From Octopus vulgaris (lineage: Eukaryota): a stretch of 64,000 nt of DNA. The notes below the pieces were generated by a model. The model had not been told where the DNA came from. It did not search any database and saw only the letters and a list, made by a program, of their open reading frames with translations. The stretch is taken from the NCBI GenBank assembly GCA_951406725.2, contig OX597829.1:33976001-34040000 (forward strand). Direction: 5' to 3'. Shown here piece after piece: positions 1-13,756 of the stretch. Each line of letters opens with the position of its first letter. Position 1 is the stretch's first letter. The position numbers and the translations under genes are program-made.

Positions 1-227
1 TCAAGCTAAGTGAAATTATGGTCATGGCCAGAGCTGGTGATATGTGAAAGGCACCAGTGTCAGTGACATATAAAAGACACCCATGCCAGTGACATGTTAT
101 AGAGCAGTTGGATTTAGGAAGGGCATCCAGCTATAAACTGGAGCCTGGTGTAGCTCTCCAACCTACCAGCTCCAGTCCAACCATCTAACCCATGCCAGAA
201 TGGAAAATAGATGTTAAATTATGATGA
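1..227 (+). mobile_element. RTE-tail SINE / RTE LINE 3' end
   Basis: ttaggaagggcatccagct...acccatgccag...atgatga tail, homologous to the 3' UTR of the RTE at 17260-17725. Confidence 0.75.
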
Positions 228-1040
228 AATATGTGGAAGGAGAATATTCAGTTATTTTGACACCAGTACTGGACTAGTATTTTATTATTACTGACTTTGG
301 GTGAATGAAAGGCAAAACTAATTTCAACCAGATTTGAACTCAGAATGTATTATGCCTCAAGTCCATGGTCCCTGTAACTGATCATTTAACATAATACTTA
401 TTTCTCCGTGTGTGCATATGTATGTATTCTTGACCCACTTGTCTTTTATTCTACCATAATTTTTGTTTTGTCCAACCCCAATACTAGGCTCTACACTAAA
501 TCACTACATCCAGTCCTTTTCAGAATGTTAGTCCTCTGGAATTCCCTGCTTATTCATGTCTTTTCTGCAGGTTATTAACTTACAAAAGTTTAAGAGGAAC
601 ATTAATGGAACCAATCCCACCAGCTTGCAAAGACCATGAGACTGCTCAATCCTCAATTTAACATGAAATTCTTCAAATATATCATAAATTCTCGTGGTTA
701 GTAAATTTAGTTTTGCTCTCCAAAGACCTCCAAGTATTCCCCTTCTTACCTTTTACTTTTTCTACTAGATCTAACTCTAATTCTGAACAAGTAAGCTATA
801 CAGGCATGACAAGGCAAATTCAAACATTCCTATTACAATCACACTGCTATGTTCAGGTATGTAAATAAAACAAAGCTACAAAACTATCAAATCTCATTTG
901 GAAGTAAAAGAAAGTATCAGTGATATCAACATAAAGTGAAGAATACAAGATGCACCCAGACAAAAAAACCTAAACTAAATGATATGACATCTTCACAGAA
1001 GAGTATAACATCATCATCTAAGATACACTCATATACAAGA

Positions 1041-1670
1041 TACAAAGTGGTATCAAAAGGTTCCCTGGACTAATTATGTTTATTAAAAAATAACTTGTTA
1101 ACTTAAGTTTTAACATCATCTCCGCCAAAATTATCACCTTAGCCAGCAATACATCATTCCTTGCATTCTTGCCACTTTTGGTGTCTGGCCTGGAAGTTGT
1201 TTTCTGTAAGTGAATAGAGGACCTTCTGTGATTCACTCTTGATCTTGAACATGGTGTTAAAATGGCGACCTTTGATCTGCCTTTTCATCTTGGGGGAAGA
1301 GATGGAAGTCTGCATGTGCTAAATCTGGTAAATAGAGTGGGTGTGGAAGCGATACCATCTTGTTTTGGGTGAGAAACTCAGGAGTGAAGAGAACTCAGTG
1401 ACAGTATCCATTGAAGAATCCGATTCTTTGTGCTCCACATATCCAGTCACTTTCACTGAATGTCCTCCCTAACACACTTCAAAACATCACAGAACTCTCA
1501 ATTGATGGTCTGGCCTTGGGAGATGAATTACCAATGCACAATACCACATTTCCAGGGATGATGTTCATGGCTTCCAGGGACATTCTTCTGCTTCTGAAGT
1601 GCCTGTGCCACTTGAAACATTGCAAACAACCCACTACCTTGTCACCATCAACTTGTAGAAGCATTGTCAA
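1041..1670 (-). mobile_element. Degenerate, deleted mariner-type transposon
   Basis: Begins tacaaagtggtatcaaaagg, the same TIR as 51507; internal sequence collinear with 51507-52530. Confidence 0.75.
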
Positions 1671-1676
1671 TATGTG

Positions 1677-1743
<67 letters not shown>

Positions 1744-1794
1744 TGTATATATTCATATATATATGTATATTTATATATGCATGTATATATATAT

Positions 1795-1985
1795 GTGTGT
1801 CTGTGTTTGCCCCCCAACATTGCTTGACAACCAATGCTGGTGTGTTTACATCCCCGTAACTTAGTGGTTCGGCAAAAGAGAATGATAGAATAAGTACTAG
1901 GCTTACAAAGAATAAGTCCTGAGGTCGATTTGCTAGACTAAAGGCAGTGCTTCAGCATGGCCACAGTCAAATGACTGAAACGAGT
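1795..1985 (+). mobile_element. tRNA-derived SINE family A, 3' half
   Basis: Matches 28570-28760 (ttgcttgacaacc...ggttcggcaaaagag...cagcatggcc). Confidence 0.8.
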
Positions 1986-2094
1986 ATATGTATATATACG
2001 CATATATATGTATGTATATATGCGTACACATGTATCTCTACATATATATATATATATGTATAAGTATGTGTGTGTGTGCATGCATATATATAAA

Positions 2095-2900
2095 TAGTTA
2101 GTAGTGAAGGTGGAGGCTCCAAGAGCATAGGTATGAGAATAAGATTAGGCTGGGCAAAGTTCAGAGAGCTCCTACCTCTGCTGGCAACAAAGGGCCTGTG
2201 TGCAAACAGCTATGCTACATGCTAGTGAAACATGAGCTGTGATAGCCAAGGACATGTGTAGCTTTAAAAGAAATGAAGCCAGTATGCTTCGCTGGATGTA
2301 CAATGTTAGTGTGTATGTACAACAGAGTGTAAGTATCTTGAGAGAAAAGTTGGGCATAAGAGGCATCAGATGTGGTGTGCAAGAGAGAAGACTGCGTTGC
2401 TATGGTCATGTGATGCATATGGACAAGGACAGGTGTGTTAAGAAGTAGCAATCACTAACTGTGGAGGAAACCTGTGATAGAGGTAGACGCAGGAAGACAT
2501 GGGAAGAGGTGGTGAAGCATGATCTTCAAACTTTAACCCTCACAGAGGCAGTGACTGGTGATTGAGACCTTTGGTGATATGCTGTGCTTGAGAAGATCCA
2601 TCAAGCCAAGTGAAATTGTAGTAATGGCCAATGCTGGTGTCATGTAACAGGCACCCGTGCCAGTGGCACATAAAAAAGCACCTTTCAAGTGTTGTCCTGA
2701 GGCAAAGTGGCTGATGCCAGTGGCACACAAAAGCATCCATTACACTCTTGGAGTAGTTGATGTTAGGAAGGGCATCCAGTCATAGAAACCATTCCAAATC
2801 AGACTGGAGTCTGGTGCAGCCTTCCAGCTTGCCAGCCCTGGCCAAACCATCCAATCCATGTCAGTATGGACAATGAATGTTAAATGATGAGGATGATGAT
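2095..2900 (+). mobile_element. RTE LINE 3' fragment
   Basis: [15 protein letters not shown]...QERRLRCYGHV, same family as 16699-17259, followed by the same 3' UTR and (tga)n tail. Confidence 0.85.
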
Positions 2901-3735
2901 ATATGTGTGCATGTGTATATATATATATATATGTGTGTGTGTTTGTGTATATATATGTGCGTGTGTATACACAGCGAGAAGGAAGGGTGTGAAGGTGTTG
3001 TTTTAGGCGCTTGTGGAGGTCAAGGAGGAAAGGTTTGTAACCAGGCATGATTGTAAAACGAGAAGAGAAGAGAAAGTAGAAGGAAAAAAAAGGGGGGAGG
3101 GGGAAGGTAAATAAAGATGTGGGGAGGAAAAAAGTAAATGGCGTGAGGAGAAAAGACACAAAAGGCACGAGGAGAGAAAACGTATATGAGAGGTGGGAGG
3201 AGAAAATAAAGACAGGAAAAGAAAGGACAAAGATGGAAGAAATAAAGAGAAAAGAGGGAGGAAGGGGAGAAGAGAAGACGAAAGAGGAAAAGAAAAAGAG
3301 GAAGAGAGAGGCAAGGTAACAGGTGCGGATTAGAGAAAGTAGAGTAAGAACAACCAGAGTGGGTAGAAACGACAATGGGAAAAAGCAGAAAGTACAAAAA
3401 AAATTTAGAAAGTATAAAAAAAGTTACGAAAAGTTCAAAAGCTTCAGACGTCGTGGTGTATTGGAGCGATTTTTCATCAACAGAAGAGTCCAGTGTAATC
3501 CATAGGCAGGAGAGGAGCAGCTGAAGTGTAGAAAGTCCAGTAGAAGTTGGTGGGTGATGAGAGAAGACAGGTAGAATCCGTAGAAGTTTGTGGGTGATGA
3601 GAGGAGACAGAATCAACTGGGTCAACCATGTGAGTGTATAATATATGGGGAGAATTCACAAAAAAACAAAAGACGAAGATAGGTGGTGTAGACAACAAAC
3701 AGATATATTAGTATAATGCTCAGGAAGTGAAAAAG

Positions 3736-3773
3736 TCTTTAACGTTTCGAGCCTATGCTCTTCCACAGAAAGA
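3736..3773 (-). ncRNA. Minimal hammerhead ribozyme-like motif (variant core) in probable Penelope-type repeat
   Basis: Minus strand: tcttt-CTGTGGA-agagcataggctc-GAAACGTTA-aaga. Confidence 0.5.
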
Positions 3774-4109
3774 AACAAGGAGAGAAAATAAAGAATGTGT
3801 AGTGGCTGGTGATCTATTATGGCAAAGGCCGGACAGAAGGGTCACACAGGAGATCTAGGGAGAAGGTGAGATAACAAAGTGGTGGTGATCCCAAAACGAA
3901 GGTGTGTGTGTGTATGTATAACAGAATTTGTATGTGCGTGTGGAAGAGGGCTGGTGATGTTGACATGTGTGTGTGTGTATGTAGGTGCGAAAATGTGGAT
4001 CTTAGAAGTGGTATGAAAATGTGGGTCAGGGTGCAATGGGTAAATTGTCACCATTTTATATTTTAATTTCGTGCATGTACATTGTTTGTTTTTGATTTTG
4101 TTGACTACA

Positions 4110-4340
4110 CAGTATTGTAGGGTCAGCTGAGCACCATCTATGAGAAAAACAGCACCATGATGCAATTCACACTGCCAGAAATTTGGAATTAATATGCTGT
4201 ACTGTTTGGCATTTGTGCTGGAAGCTCCAATATGAACATTTCAGAGTGCTTGGGTGTCAATCTGAGAATATATACCAAGTGTGATAAAAATCAAACATCC
4301 AGTTAACATCATGATGTTTGGAGTGATCATTAGTGATGGA
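4110..4340 (+). mobile_element. Tc1/mariner-superfamily transposase fragment
   Basis: IKHPVNIMMFGVIISDG resembles the KHP..VMVWG.I...G transposase motif. Confidence 0.5.
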
Positions 4341-6603
4341 TATAAAATCCTTTGTCTCTCTGTCTGTTCCCAATGCATTCTCAAACAGCTCAACCAAATC
4401 ATATCAAATCAAATTTTACATGGTTATACTATCAGATCCCATGATTATCAATGTTACTTTTTTTTTTTTTGGATTAAAACAATGCAACATTGACACTGGT
4501 TCCGTATTATGTGTCAAAAGTCAAAGAATAAAAGCGGGAAAATAAGATTTATATTGTAATGTGATATATTGTTTCACTTTTATACTTTTAATTTTAATTT
4601 TAACCACCACCACAACGATGTCACATTTTGTATATGACAGTGTATCTGTCTGTGAATGTATGTGTATGAGTGTCTCACAGTGTGTGTCTTTCTGCATTAG
4701 GTACATTACTAAACACACTATATGTATGTGAGGGCTGGTCAGTGCCAATATGAAATCTTATCTTCATTTCATTTCATTTTGATTGAAAAAAACAATATAA
4801 CATTTCATAGAGATAATCTTTCTATCACATTTTGTATATGACTGTGTATCTGCCTGTGAGTGTATGTGTGTAAGTGCATGAGTGTATATATATGTCTCAT
4901 AGTGTGTGTGTCTTTCCATGTTAGGTACGTTATTAAACACACACATCTACACATACATGTACATATGTAATGATATGTTATTAAACACACACACAAACAT
5001 ATCTACACATAATATACATATGTGATGACTGCGACAATGACGTCACATTTTGTATATGACTGTGTATCTGTCTGCGAATGTATGTGTGTGTGTGTGTGTG
5101 TGTATGAGTGTGCATATGTCTCATAGTGTGCGTGTTAGGTATGTTACTAAACATACTATACGTATGTGAGGGCTGCTCAGTGTCAATACAAAATTATATT
5201 TTCATTTTGATTATTTGCATATCGTTTCGTTTTGACTAAAACAATATAACATTTCATAGAGATAATCTTTCTATTGTCAACAAGACATTTTATACCACGA
5301 TGACAATGACATCACATTTTATATATCTGTTTATCTGTTTGTGAGTGTATGTATGTATTTAAGAGTGTCTATATTTCTCATAGTGTGTGCGTCTTTCCAC
5401 ATTAGGTACATAATTAAACACACACACACACATTTACACACATAAACATATGTAACAACTGACATGCGTGAATGTATGTCTTTGTGTAGCTATCTTAGTA
5501 TATGTATGTGAGTGTATGTCAGGAACATTTTATATCACCACCACCATGACGATGTCACATTTTGTATATGAGTGTATATCTGTCTGTGAGTGTATGAGTG
5601 TGTATGTGTCTGTGAGTGTATGAGTGTGTATGTGTCTGTGAGTGTGTGTGTTTCCATGTTACGTACATTATTAAACACACATACATATATGACGACTGAT
5701 ATGCTTGAATGTATGTATGTGAGTTCTAGAGGTGATACTCTTGAAAAATCCAATTAGGTGACAAAGTCTAAGGTAAATAATTAAATACACATTCACTGTT
5801 TCATTACCAGTTAATAATTATCACAGCAGTTGCAAGGTTGCAAAGTATTTTCAATTACATATTTACCCTTACATTAAGAAATTCATCCTATATATATATA
5901 TATAATTCTTTGTCTCTCTCTGTAATAACTATTGTGGCATTAACCATTAAATTAGCAGTTCCATATATGTGTTTCTATTTTGTTCATTTACTTATATTTT
6001 GTTAATTTTCACTGCATACAAAAATACAGACATACTATATACATACCACGCGGGAAGCCATTATGCCTTATCTTTTCAAGTAATTCATTACTACATATTC
6101 TCATGTGACTGCATAGGCTCACTTTATGTTCCTTATTCTACAGCCACACCAGCAATCCAATGTCAACCCTTCACCTTCTGCAACATTTCAACAGTTCACT
6201 TCCCTGTTGCCTTCTCCCATTGCAGCCCATATCCGGAATGAACCCATTTATGTACAATATCTCCATTACACCTCCATCCATTTGATTATCAGGCATATGA
6301 TGGGTCTTGTTAGATGCAGTCTGACTACCTCAAAGGTGAGTATATCTACTGACAACATTTTGGTGGGTTCAAAAATTACATACCCCTCCCCCCACCAACC
6401 CCCAATTTTCCATGATAGGTTAGGGCTTGGAATCTTCCAAATGGATGTGTTATATGTTGCTTAGTTGAATCAGACCATCATTTACTCTACAAATGTTTTA
6501 CCATCAATGCTGCACTTTCTCGTATCACCTGTTTCAACATAATTGTAATATATATATAAAAACTATCATTTTAATCCCAAGCAACACCAGGTATCTCTGC
6601 TTG
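4341..6603 (+). mobile_element. Non-autonomous Helitron-like unit 1
   Basis: 5' part (tataaaatcctttgtctctc...ctcaaccaaatc) and 3' part (6310-6603, ending caacaccaggtatctctgcttgt) are homologous to both ends of 6604-8477; internal repeats of gatgtcacattttgtatatgac. Confidence 0.6.
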
Positions 6604-8476
6604 TCTATATATATAAAATTCTTTGACTCTCTGTCTCTGTTCCCAGTGCATTCTCAAATGGCTCAACCAAATCAAATCAAATTTTACATGGTAATAGTAT
6701 CAGACCCCATAAGTGTCAACATATAATTTTTTTTTCATTTAGATTAAAACAATATAGTATTGGCACTGGTTTGGTATTACATGTCAAAATTGAAAGAATA
6801 ACATCTATATTGTAATGTGATATAATATTGCTTCGCTTTTGTTCTTTCACTTTTAGTTCTAATGTGATAAGTCTATAATATTGTTTTACTTCTAATTCTA
6901 ATTATATCCTAATGTCAACAACATTACGCATCAGTAACTTTCCATCTTTATGGCCATGACAGTAGAATGGAGTGTCAGTGTATGTGTGTTGACTGACATA
7001 ATGAACAGTTGGAGGTGACACTCTTGACAAAAAACAATGAGGTGGCAGGTCCTAGGTATATATTTACCATTCAATTACCAGTTAATAATTATTGCAGCAG
7101 TTGCAAATTTACCCTTAAATTAGCAGTTCATACATATACTTCTATTTGGTTAATTTGCTTATATTTGGTTAATTTACACTGCATACAAAAATAAAGACAT
7201 ACTACATACAACTGCTTACAATAATAGAGATTACTGTATAATTTCTTTCATGTTCATAATTTTTAGTTTACAATATTGGAAAAAATATGCCACCAAAGAG
7301 AAAATGTAATCTCTCCAGAAACAAGTATAAAGCAAGGAGGATTGTAGAAAACTGAAGGTGGAAGTCTCAAGAGAGAAAAGAGATGAGACTTTCCCAAGAT
7401 CAGCAAATGCCTGCTGCAGCAGATCAATTGGAGTCTCAAGACAGAAATGAGATGAGGCTTTCTCAAGATCAGCAAATACATGCTGCAGCACATCAAATGA
7501 AGTCTCAAGACGGAAGTGAGATGAAACTTTCTCAAGATCAGTAAAGCATGCTGCAACATGTCAGATGGAGTCTCAATACAGAAAGGAGATGAGATCTTCC
7601 CAAGATCAGTAAATGCATGCTGCAGCACTTAATACTGGATCATTAAAACAACATTTTATTGATTAGACAGCAGTCCAGTAGAATAACTCTCATAAACAGA
7701 CTTTGTACAAATTCTTCACAACTCCTGGAGCTGCCTTCAGATAATGATCCATCCCATTCTTATAAAAATTATAATTTTGTCCAAAGTGGTGTGCTAAACT
7801 CAAATTGGCATTTCTACAAAGTTTTTAAATTTCCAAATGAAACTAATGGCATGCACAACTTAGGTGGTAAGGTAAGATTGCCAGCACTACCAGCTCCCCC
7901 TGAACCTCTTATACATCTTCTGGAAGGCACTTCCATCCAGTCAAAGGATTTTCTGAACATCAGACAACACAACTCTGCATTTCAAATGACATCGTTTGGT
8001 AGATCTAAGGAGAAAGTTGAACTTGGATTTATGCCAATGTTCAAAGTTTAAGGGCAAGTCTATCACCTCATTGTTTCCCTGTTACCCACAAATGAACAAC
8101 CAGAGTTCCTCCAAATTTGCTTTATGAGTGATGTAGGACTACAAACTCAAAAGAGATGTCAAAACTTCAGACAATGGGTCATGTTAGATGCAGCGCCAAC
8201 TGCTGCAAAGGAGAGTATATCCACTGACAGCTTTTTGGTGCATTCAAAAACCACATGCCCCAACCAACCCCCAATTTTCCATGGCTGGTTAGGGCCTGTA
8301 ATACTCTAAAAAGGTAAATGACAAGTCGCTTAGTCAAATTAGCCCATCATTTATTCCACAAATGTTTTGTCATCAATACTGCACTTTCCCATATCACGTG
8401 TTTTAACATATATATATATATATATATATACAAACTATGCCATTTTAATCCTGAGCAATGCCAGGTATCTCTGCTA

Positions 8477-8477
<1 letters not shown>
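6604..8477 (+). mobile_element. Internally deleted Helitron with Rep/Hel N-terminal remnant
   Basis: Starts TCtatatatataaaa; ends with hairpin cctgagcaatgccagg then CTAG-t. Encodes GGKVRLPALPAPPEPL...IRQHNSAFQMTSFG...GFMPMFKV.GQVYH, typical of the Helitron N-terminal region. Confidence 0.8.
7360..7630 (+). repeat. About 69-bp tandem repeat, ~4 copies, inside Helitron
   Basis: Repeated gagtctcaagacagaaatgagatgag...caagatcagcaaatgcatgctgcagca. Confidence 0.8.
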
Positions 8478-8511
<34 letters not shown>

Positions 8512-9507
8512 TATAATACAAATAAGAAAATGGAGAAACAAATTTAGTTTGTTCATCAACTTTCGGATATTATAATGTTGGATTATTTATTCATTTAACA
8601 AAATGAGAACCTCAATAGCATACATATATATCTTATAATTCAATACATATAAGATTAGAATACAAATTATACATACATTTCAGTCATTTAGACAAATATT
8701 TTGAAAATCCGAGAAATCTTATGAAAGAAAAAGTGCATGTGTGTGTGAGTGTGTGCATGAATTGCAAATCAGTTTCAAAAAAATGGAAAGACAATTTTAG
8801 TAAAATAAACAAAAGATTAATTAGCTATATTATATGTCTGACTTCAGAATTTTTGAAAATTTGTTCAATACAGAAGATGGTTAATGATAATAATCTCAAA
8901 ACTTACAACAGAGCAAAATAGATATTCGAAAGTCATGGCAACATTTGAGCTGACTAATTAAGAATTATGGGATTGTTGATATGCTTTGGTCAGAATTTTT
9001 ACGGGTCAAAAAGCCAAACCCATTCAACCATTTAGCCTGTCATATTAGTGACGTCATTTACAAAGAATTGTTGACAAAGAAGAACTGACAGAAGGGGAGC
9101 TAAAGCTGAAACATTTGTTTTTTCAAAGCATGCCTTCAAGATAAAGAATCTTACAGGCATTGACTTTACAGATAGGCAGGAGAGAAATGATAGTTGTTGA
9201 AAGATAAGAAGGGAAGGACAAAAGATTTCATCTACGTTTTTCTTGAAACAAAGCCTAGAGAAAGCAGAAAAGAGCATATAAATACAGCAAAGTATCGAAT
9301 TTGGATGGGTTTCCTTTGAAACGAAGCAACTATTTTAGCTCAGTTTCCAATGATTTGAACAACTTTTCAATGTGGCAACAAATACATTACGTTCTTGAAT
9401 TAATTTCTGAGTTATATAAAGATCAACAGATATGTAGTGCATGACTTGCATCTCTTGACTTCACACTACTGTTATATATACATACATACATACATACATA
9501 CATACAT

Positions 9508-9556
<49 letters not shown>

Positions 9557-9589
9557 CACACACACATATACATATATATACATCTATAT

Positions 9590-10890
9590 GTAGATTGTGA
9601 AGCTGGCTTTTGTGACTGGATTCCCCAATCACATCTCAGTGAGGTTACAGCAGCTGCCAGATATAAACACAATGTTGGTGGGTGACTTAGTGGATAAGAT
9701 GCAAGGGTTAACAAAGAATAACATATGCAATGTTGCAGTAACTGTGACGGTGAATATGAGTAGGATGAAGGAGCAGGAGTATGACAAGACAAATGTCTAA
9801 GGGACCATGCTTTAGGTGTTGGGGTCCTACACGTGGTCACAGGCTGTACAGAACCAGAATCTGAAGTGGTGTGTTACTGATGTACCCAACCCAGACACTG
9901 CAAGCTATTGCAAACAGGGAATCAAACAAAGGGGAACTACAAAGCCAGTAGTTCCCCCTGCAATTGATTAGAGGTGCACCTACATTACCCAGTGGAGGTA
10001 AGGGGAGCATGAGCTTTTGTTGATATGGGTTGCACAACAACCCTGGTGATGTAAAAATGGTTTGAGCTGGGGAAGAAAAACTAGCCTCAGTGCAGTGGAT
10101 GGTACATATGTTAGGTACAAGGTTATCAGTGTAGTAGAGCAAGAGGTACAAGGGACATTGATGAAGTGATTGTAGTCAGTGAGGTAGTGGATGGGACTGA
10201 TGTAGTGGTGGGAACTTCTAGGCTGAGTCTGATGGTAAAAAGATGGACAGCGGAGTATTTTGGTAAGAAGAGCCTCCCCACAAAACTGAAACACTGAGTG
10301 AATTGCTGCAAGCACACTCTTAGCGGAGAGGCTAGGAACAGGTTTGAGAGAGAAGTGGACAGATGGATAGAGGAGGGTATTTTGATATGATGGGAAGAAG
10401 AGGCAACAAGTGGTGTGCTGATGATGATGGCTGTAGTCCAAAGAACAAAGTTTGACTTTTGTGAGCTGAACAAGCATGTATCCTGCTAAATATCAGTGGG
10501 GCAGCAGATGTATGAGTAGAAAACTTGGGGGAATGGAAGCAAATGACAGGAGCAACTATGATTGTTGACCTCAGATTAGCACATCTGCAGCACCACATAT
10601 TTGAGAAGTTGTGCAAGTACCAACTAGTGAGGTACAAAGGCAGAATGTACTGTCTGCCTCAGCTGGTTTTTGGTCTGAATTCAACACGAAAAATCACAGC
10701 AAAGATTCTCAAGGTGATTTTGGGGTGAAAGGCCAAAGTTCTTATATTGATGACATCCAGATAGGTTATAGAGTAGTATCAGCAACGGAAATTGTGAGTC
10801 ATCTGAGAAGGTTCAGGTTGACAGCAGAATCACTGAAGGCTATACAAGGAGGCATGGTACTGGGGGCTCAGGTTCAAGAAAGATAGTGGG
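9590..10890 (+). mobile_element. Highly decayed Gypsy-type LTR retrotransposon gag-pol remnant
   Basis: RT-like pieces YQLVRYKGRMYCLPQLVFGLNS and SSYIDDI in different frames; more GC-rich than the flanks. Confidence 0.65.
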
Positions 10891-11754
10891 CATGTCCTTC
10901 CTGATATTAACTATTTTATAGACATGCATGAGGTACATTTAATCATAATACTAGTAGTACCAGAGATGTTGTGATGTTCCTGACAAGACGTCAGTTACCT
11001 CTTAACCCTGTGTTTTCTCTACTCATTTGTCAACCAGTGTTCATTGGATGTATTTTATCATAGTACCATTGCTAGTGACACAGTATTGTATATCACACAA
11101 TTAAAGAGTCCTCACTGCTCTATATCGTCTTCATTTGTTCACAGTAAAGTAGTCAACAAAGTGAATAGAAGAAATCATGATGAACCAGAGTGAGATGGTG
11201 TGAGAATTAAGAATATGACAGGAGAAATCAAATGATTGTGTGCAGACGGGTAGTAGAGGAGGAAGTAATGGCAGAGAACCACCAATAGCAAAGAATAGCG
11301 GAAGAGAGGCAGTGGCGACAACTACATATTTATTAGGAAAGTGAGAGCAAGTCGCAGATATTGATAGAGACTATTGATTGTAAGAATGAGTGCTGCATGC
11401 TAATAACAAATGACTTGGTTGGAGAGTAATGACTAGCAGTATAGAAGTGTGATGAAAGAGTGTACCACATACAAACAGTTCTACTGTTTTGTTACAGAGG
11501 ATCATAATAGCAAAGGGTGATAAACATATAAAGAGGAAATGAATATGGATACATTATATGCCACTTTTCATAAGATGAATGACATATTGCTATGAAAGGA
11601 GAGAGGATGAGTCAGTGAGATATCAGTGGATAACAAAAAGGCAGCAGATGATGAGAAGATACAGAATTAAAAGGAACATAATGAGCAAGAAATCAAAAAG
11701 TAGATGACTTATATACTCCAGCTTTGTCCACTAACACTATCTTAACATTACATT

Positions 11755-12090
11755 TCCCTATGTTTGCATGGGTGAGCTGGTTTTCTTCAGCATCATGTAT
11801 TGCTGTTTCGTAATTTCCATCATGATGCTCAAGTTCTGAAAATCAGTCTTCAGTACTTTGTCCCAAGTTTTCCACACTTGTAAGTTTCCTTGAGTTTCCT
11901 TCATAATGCTCAACATATTCAGATTACTTTCTTCACTACTTTGTCCCAAGACTTCTTCTTCCACGTGTTCCATCCACTTGGAGCACTTGGGGCTTTTTCT
12001 ATATAATCATCATCCTTTATATACACCACATGTCAGAACAGGAGGGAAGATTTCTTGCACATTAACATATGTTCCCTCTTATTTTCAAAG
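11755..12090 (-). mobile_element. Decayed RTE LINE 3' fragment
   Basis: KTWDKVLKTDFQNL resembles [14 protein letters not shown] of the 16699-17259 ORF. Confidence 0.55.
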
Positions 12091-12669
12091 AAATTCACAC
12101 ACACACACATACATGTATTGTATTAATTATATAATAAAGCATGGACTATATAAAGTATTTCTGTATATTTCTAACCTTGCACTCACACATATTTAAGGTT
12201 ATAATCACTAGAGTGAGTATAGGTTTTACAACTGCGAGATGGAAATTTTTCTCTGGAGTTATAATCCCAAATTTGTTTATGAACAAGTATAAAAACTCCT
12301 TCTTATATACATTTATAATTAATTTCATCACCCACCACATTTACCTCCAGTCCCATCTCTAATCATCTTTCACTCTCCTCTCACACTCTTATGAACCATC
12401 CTCCACAGCCTATATTCTCCTTTATGCTCACTTCTTAGTACCTTCAGAGTATGTTCACCACAACCATTATTTTCCTTCCAGCTGCTCTCAGCCATCTGCA
12501 TATAATGTAGGGTAGCCATGTATCTCCTCTAAAGCAAAACACCTATACTTGTCCAACTATCATATTGTAGGCTTCAACACCTGGCATAAAGCCACCTCCT
12601 CCTCTCTCAAATACACTCCCATTTAATCAAGGGTACTTTCTCATTTTCCTTTTGTTTATTTTTTTTCTT

Positions 12670-12835
12670 CGTCTTGCCAAGTTATTTGCTGACTTCATTT
12701 GTGCTGTAAGCACAAAGAATATGCCCTCTACATACTGTAAAATGGTTGGTCTTAGGTTGGGTAACCAGCCCTGTCAAACCACCCAACCCATGCCAGCATG
12801 GAAAACTGATGTTAAAGAAAGATGATGACAATGAT
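12670..12835 (+). mobile_element. RTE-tail SINE remnant
   Basis: cttgccaagttattt...acccatgccagcatggaaaa...gatgatga. Confidence 0.6.
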
Positions 12836-13184
12836 ATTTGTATGTTAAAATTTACAAAAAATTGAAGTTGTAATATTTATTCAGAAATATTTATTAATTA
12901 AATGTACTTAAATTAATATTTATATTAATTTCATAATCTAACTATTTGATATATCTATTAATATTGATTTAGAAGCAAATAATTGCTATATAAAGATGTT
13001 TTGACTGAAATTGTATTTATTTTCACTTTCTCCAAAATTAATAGGTTATATTGACCTATTTTCAAAATTTGAAAAGACTACATATAACTTTCTTTTTAAA
13101 AGTAATAATACAAAATAGATACATGCCTAAAATTTAGGTATATTCCAATGGAAAAAAAACTATGTAAAATAACAAATAACTTAC

Positions 13185-13215
13185 TGTATTGGGCATATAC
13201 CATTTTGTTGTAATT
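13185..13215 (-). CDS. SNX-like exon 8 (31-nt small exon)
   Basis: tatttcatttcag|AAT...TACA|gtaagt; [10 protein letters not shown] plus 1 nt; strong splice sites and continues BAR helix 1 in frame. Confidence 0.75.
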
Positions 13216-13660
13216 CTGAAATGAAATAGTGATTATAAAGTATTTTTATATTAAATATTACAATTCAAAAACTAAGAAAACTCATGACTTTATACCCCTA
13301 CAGAGAAATCATTAGATATTCTTGTATGCTGCATAAAGAACTTTTATTAATAGAAATACTTATTATAAATCTTTTATCAAACAACATATATATTCTAAAT
13401 TTATTATATATTCATTACAAAACTATATATATATTCTAATACTGAAAGCCTATTTTGTAGAGCCAACTAAAATATTTTTCATCCTAAGTGACATTAAGTT
13501 GAAGTAAACCAGACTCAATTTATCATACTTTCCAGTATGTTACAATTGTTAGTATCAGTAACTATGAAGATGATGATGATGATGAAACAGGAGTAATACA
13601 AATAACTAAATGTGTATAGTTCAAAAGTAAAATACAATATATATATATATATACATACAT

Positions 13661-13756
<96 letters not shown>

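Noticed and set aside
584-650. Possible minus-strand exon ending at a gtaagt donor (~583)
   Set aside because: No pyrimidine-rich acceptor and no recognisable BAR similarity in any frame.
2740-3625. 200-aa F/L/S-rich ORFs that look like membrane proteins
   Set aside because: They arise from a purine-rich low-complexity tract read on the opposite strand.
9032-9277. 81-aa minus-strand ORF with a good acceptor (ctctag at ~9256) as the next SNX exon
   Set aside because: Exon 8 ends in phase 1; in that phase this exon hits TAG after 7 codons, and no frame resembles a BAR helix.
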